Positions 60,900 through 64,000 of a DNA stretch of 64,000 nt are shown here, one piece after another. The position numbers and the translations under genes were made by a program. This stretch comes from Candidatus Omnitrophota bacterium. Lineage in GTDB: Bacteria; Omnitrophota; Gorgyraeia; Aquiviventales; JACQRC01. Positions within the stretch are counted from its first letter, which is position 1. Each line of letters begins with the position of its first letter. Below the pieces are notes generated by a model. That model ran no database searches. It saw nothing but the letters and a program-made list of their open reading frames with translations, and had not been told where the DNA came from. The stretch is from assembly GCA_016206665.1 (NCBI GenBank), contig JACQRC010000100.1:33-64032 (forward strand), given 5' to 3'.

Positions 60900-62114
60900 G
60901 TGGTGAGGGTTCAAACCGCACCGAAATCCGAGTTGGCGCTGCACGGGGGAGTACCGGTCCGCCGGACCCTGCTGCCGTACGCCCGACACACCGTGACAGA
61001 GGCTGACATCGAAGCGGTGGCGGCGGTACTGCGCTCCAGCCGATTGACGACCGGGCCGAAGGTCGCCGAGTTCGAGGAGGCGGTCTCATCCTACGTGAGG
61101 GCGCGTGAGGCCGTGGCCTTCAGTTCGGGGACGGCCGCGCTGCATGCGGCTGCGTTTGCCGCCGGGCTGGGGCCGGGCGACGAAGCGGTGACGACGCCGC
61201 TGACCTTCTGTGCCACGGCGAACGCGGCGCTGTATCAGGGCGCGCGGCCCGCCTTTGCCGATGTGCGCGACGACACGTTGAATCTCGACCCTGCCGCGGT
61301 GGAAGCGAGGCTCACTCCGCGCACGAAGGCGGTCCTGCCGGTGGATTATGCGGGCCATCCGGCTGATCTGGAGGCATTGCTGGCTCTGGCGGCGCGGCAG
61401 GGGCTCACCGTTATCGAGGACGCCTGTCATGCGCTGGGAGCGGCCGACCGCGGGCGCAAGGTTGGCGGGATCAGCCACATGACGGTCTTCAGTTTTCATC
61501 CGATCAAGGCGATCACCACCGGCGAGGGGGGGATGGTGACGACGAATGAGGCCGCATTGGCCAAGCGGCTGCGGTTGTTCCGCAATCATGGCATCGACAG
61601 CGACCCCAATGCGCGCCAGGCGTCGGGAGCCTGGTTCTACGAGATGACGGCGCTCGGCTTCAACTACCGGTTGACCGACCTGGGCTGTGCGCTGGGTCTC
61701 TCGCAGTTGTCGCGGCTTGATGCGGCACTGGCTCATCGGCGCGCGATTGCCCTGCGATACCTGCAGGCCTTCGCGGCGCATCCGGAGCTCGTCCTGCCAG
61801 CCGTGCGTCCGGAGAGCGAGAGCGCGTGGCATCTGTTTCCCGTGCGGCTGGTGCTGGAACGGTTGAGCGCCGATCGGGCCGAGATCATCAGAGCGCTTCA
61901 CGCCGAAGGCATCGGCGTCAATGTGCACTATCTGCCGGTCTATCGGCATCCGTATTATGTGGAACGATTCGGCGACCAGGCCGGGACCTGCCCGGTGGCC
62001 GAGGCTGCCTACGAGCGGCTGATCAGCCTGCCGCTTTTCGCCGGGATGACAGACCAGGACGTGGAGGATGTGATTCGCGCCGTGACCAAGGTGTGCGCCG
62101 CCTATGCCCGCTAA
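60900..62114 (+). CDS. pseC: UDP-4-amino-4,6-dideoxy-hexosamine transaminase, PseC-like (DegT family)
   Basis: 404 aa. GTG start. LLPYARHTVTEADIEAVAAVLRSSRLTTGPKVAEFEEAV... FSFHPIKAITTGEGG (Lys). Lies immediately downstream of the pseB-like gene. Confidence 0.7.
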   Translation: MVRVQTAPKSELALHGGVPVRRTLLPYARHTVTEADIEAVAAVLRSSRLTTGPKVAEFEEAVSSYVRAREAVAFSSGTAALHAAAFAAGLGPGDEAVTTPLTFCATANAALYQGARPAFADVRDDTLNLDPAAVEARLTPRTKAVLPVDYAGHPADLEALLALAARQGLTVIEDACHALGAADRGRKVGGISHMTVFSFHPIKAITTGEGGMVTTNEAALAKRLRLFRNHGIDSDPNARQASGAWFYEMTALGFNYRLTDLGCALGLSQLSRLDAALAHRRAIALRYLQAFAAHPELVLPAVRPESESAWHLFPVRLVLERLSADRAEIIRALHAEGIGVNVHYLPVYRHPYYVERFGDQAGTCPVAEAAYERLISLPLFAGMTDQDVEDVIRAVTKVCAAYAR

Positions 62115-63117
62115 GATCGCGACAGCCCTGCGCACCGCGGTCATCGGGTGCGGCTCGATCGGGTTGCGCCACCTGCGCAATTTGCATCGGCTGGGCTGGG
62201 ATGATCTGGTTGTCTGGGATCCGCAGGCCGACCGGCGTGCGGAGGCCCGGCGGGCGTGTGGTGCGCGTCCCGCCGTTTCATTGGCTGACGCCGTAGGTGG
62301 CGGCGCTCAGGTCGCGTTCGTCACGACGCCGACGGCACTGCATCTTCCGGCGGCGCTTGAGGCGGCGCGGGCCGGGTGCCATCTCTTTATCGAGAAGCCG
62401 TTGTCGCACACCGCCGAAGGGCTGGAGGAGCTGGTGGAGAAGGTGCGCCGCCACCAGCTCATCACGCTCGTCGGCTGCAACATGCGGTTCCACCACGGGC
62501 CGGCGACGATCAAACGATTGCTGGACGAGGGTGCGGTGGGCCGCGTCATCTCCGCCAGCTTCGATGCGGGGCAGTATCTGCCGGATTGGCATCCGGAGCA
62601 GGATTATCGCCAACAGTACAGCGCGCGGCGGGCGTTGGGGGGCGGGGTGGTCCTCGACGGCATTCATGAACTCGATCTGGCGCGGTGGTTCTTCGGCGAG
62701 GTGGCCGAGGCCTTCGCCTACGGAGGACACCGCAGCTCGCTCGAGATTGATGTCGAGGACACGGCGGATATCCTGTTGAAATTTCAGCGCGGCGCCTCGG
62801 CGACGGTGCATCTTGATTATGTCCAACGGGTGTATGGGCGGCGGTGCAAGGTGATCGGCGAGCAGGGCACGATCCTGTGGGATATGACCGAGGGGTCGGT
62901 TCGGCTTTATACAGCCTCCACGCGTGGTTGGCAGGAATTTCCTCCGCCAGCCGGCTATACGGTGAATGACATGTATGTGGCCGAGTTGCAGCATTTCCTG
63001 CGGTGTCTTGAAGGCACGGAGCAGCCAATGCAGGATCTTCACGAAGCGCGGCAGGCGCTGCACCTGGCGCTCGCCGTACAATCCTCTCTCGATACCGGCT
63101 CGGCCGTGCGCCCATGA
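62104..63117 (+). CDS. Gfo/Idh/MocA-family oxidoreductase
   Basis: 337 aa. LRTAVIGCGSIGLRHLRNL...LFIEKPLS. Confidence 0.75.
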   Translation: MPAKIATALRTAVIGCGSIGLRHLRNLHRLGWDDLVVWDPQADRRAEARRACGARPAVSLADAVGGGAQVAFVTTPTALHLPAALEAARAGCHLFIEKPLSHTAEGLEELVEKVRRHQLITLVGCNMRFHHGPATIKRLLDEGAVGRVISASFDAGQYLPDWHPEQDYRQQYSARRALGGGVVLDGIHELDLARWFFGEVAEAFAYGGHRSSLEIDVEDTADILLKFQRGASATVHLDYVQRVYGRRCKVIGEQGTILWDMTEGSVRLYTASTRGWQEFPPPAGYTVNDMYVAELQHFLRCLEGTEQPMQDLHEARQALHLALAVQSSLDTGSAVRP

Positions 63118-64000
63118 AGGCCCAGGCCGCGACCAGGAAAGTGGTGGCAATTTTGCAGGCCCGTGTCGGGTCCACACGGCTGCCGGGCAAGGTGCTGGCC
63201 GATATTTGCGGACAGCCGATGTTGTGGCACCAGATGCAGCGCATCAAGCTCGCGCGGCGTATCGATGAGCTGGTCTTGGCGACCACGGCGCAGCCCGAGG
63301 ACCAGCCACTGGCAGCCCTGGCAAAGACGGCCGGTATTCCCGTCTTCCTCGGCTCGAGTGAGGACGTCCTCGACCGGTATTACCAGGCCGCCACCAAACA
63401 CGCAGCGGAGTTAATCGTCCGCCTGACGGGTGACTGCCCGCTGATTGATCCCACCGTGATTGATACGGTCGTCGAATATGCGCAAACCCATGCGGTGGAT
63501 TACGTCGGCACCGGTTGGGATTTCCCCGATGGCCTTGACGTGGAAGTCTTCACCATGGAAGCGTTGGAGCGGGCCTGGAGGGAGGCGGCGAAACCCTCGG
63601 AGCGCGAGCACGTGGCCCTCTACATGAACAGCACGGGACGGTTTCGGACGCACCGGCTCAGCGCCGGACGAGATCTGGCTGCGCACCGCTGGGTCGTGGA
63701 CGAGCCGGACGATCTGGAGGCGATACGCCGCATCTATGAAGCCCTGTATCCTGCCCAGGGCCACCGGTTCACCACGGAGGATATCCTGCGGCTGTTGGCG
63801 GCAGACCCCTCCATCCAGGCGCTCAACGGCCATATCGCACGCAACGACGGTTTATTGCAGTCCTGGAAGCGCGAGCGACCGTCCGGCTTGCCGCGGCGGC
63901 ATCCGTTGGCGCGCTCCGAGGAACTCTGGCAGCGTGCGGCCCGCATCATTCCTGCCGGCACACAGACCATGAGCAAGGGGCCGACACAATATGTGGGTGG
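63114..64000 (+). CDS. SpsF/FlmC-type cytidylyltransferase-fold protein continuing in frame into what looks like the N-terminus of a class-III (glutamate-1-semialdehyde aminomutase-like) aminotransferase; 3' end outside the window
   Basis: Not in the ORF track because no stop is reached. ATG 63114 overlaps the upstream stop (ATGA). My translation: MKAQAATRKVVAILQARVGSTRLPGKVLADICGQPMLWHQMQRI...IVRLTGDCPLIDPTVID (SpsF motifs). The frame stays open through ...SEELWQRAARIIPAGTQTMSKGPTQYVG at the window edge. Confidence 0.7.
   Translation, partial: MKAQAATRKVVAILQARVGSTRLPGKVLADICGQPMLWHQMQRIKLARRIDELVLATTAQPEDQPLAALAKTAGIPVFLGSSEDVLDRYYQAATKHAAELIVRLTGDCPLIDPTVIDTVVEYAQTHAVDYVGTGWDFPDGLDVEVFTMEALERAWREAAKPSEREHVALYMNSTGRFRTHRLSAGRDLAAHRWVVDEPDDLEAIRRIYEALYPAQGHRFTTEDILRLLAADPSIQALNGHIARNDGLLQSWKRERPSGLPRRHPLARSEELWQRAARIIPAGTQTMSKGPTQYVG

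Noticed and set aside
1-64000. Mobile elements, prophage, integrase/transposase genes, tRNA/rRNA genes, or clear rho-independent terminators
   Set aside because: No translation in any frame showed transposase, integrase or phage motifs. No tRNA-like or rRNA-like sequence was noticed. None of the four intergenic gaps or the regions after stop codons showed a GC-rich hairpin followed by a T-run. Absence is based on visual inspection only.

Overview
High-GC (about two-thirds G+C by eye) bacterial window. Every convincing gene lies on the + strand. It has two parts. (1) nt 1-10019 is a four-gene cell-envelope module. It holds two tandem paralogous secreted T/S/N/G-rich adhesin-like proteins (DUF11-like plus SdrD-B-like modules), a 1111-aa predicted outer-membrane beta-barrel protein with a helical C-terminal tail, and a translationally coupled secreted Q/R/E/A-rich coiled-coil protein. 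Both paralogs carry heptanucleotide tandem repeats at the same linker, and paralog A changes reading frame exactly there. (2) nt 10089-64000 holds about 46 co-directional, tightly packed glycan-biosynthesis genes with many ATGA/GTGA start-stop overlaps. They encode at least five activated-sugar routes: UDP-GlcA/UDP-Xyl, a UDP-HexNAc uronate route, GDP-D-glycero-alpha-D-manno-heptose, CDP-3,6-dideoxyhexose, and a pseudaminic-acid-like route. The locus also has several DegT aminotransferases, SDR epimerases/reductases, methyltransferases, a carbamoyltransferase and SGNH-like proteins. In addition there is a TPP-dependent E1 alpha/beta pair, GT2/GT4/GT-C glycosyltransferases, a Wzx-like flippase fused to GT2 and methyltransferase domains, and an ABC exporter. 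Only four intergenic gaps longer than 40 bp exist, and each has a sigma70-like promoter candidate. Two of them share a GTTCA-N5-TGAAC palindrome, one next to a MarR-EPS-type regulator gene. No rRNA, tRNA, CRISPR array, transposase or integrase was recognised. All functional calls rest on motif recognition by eye from the supplied translations, not on database searches.
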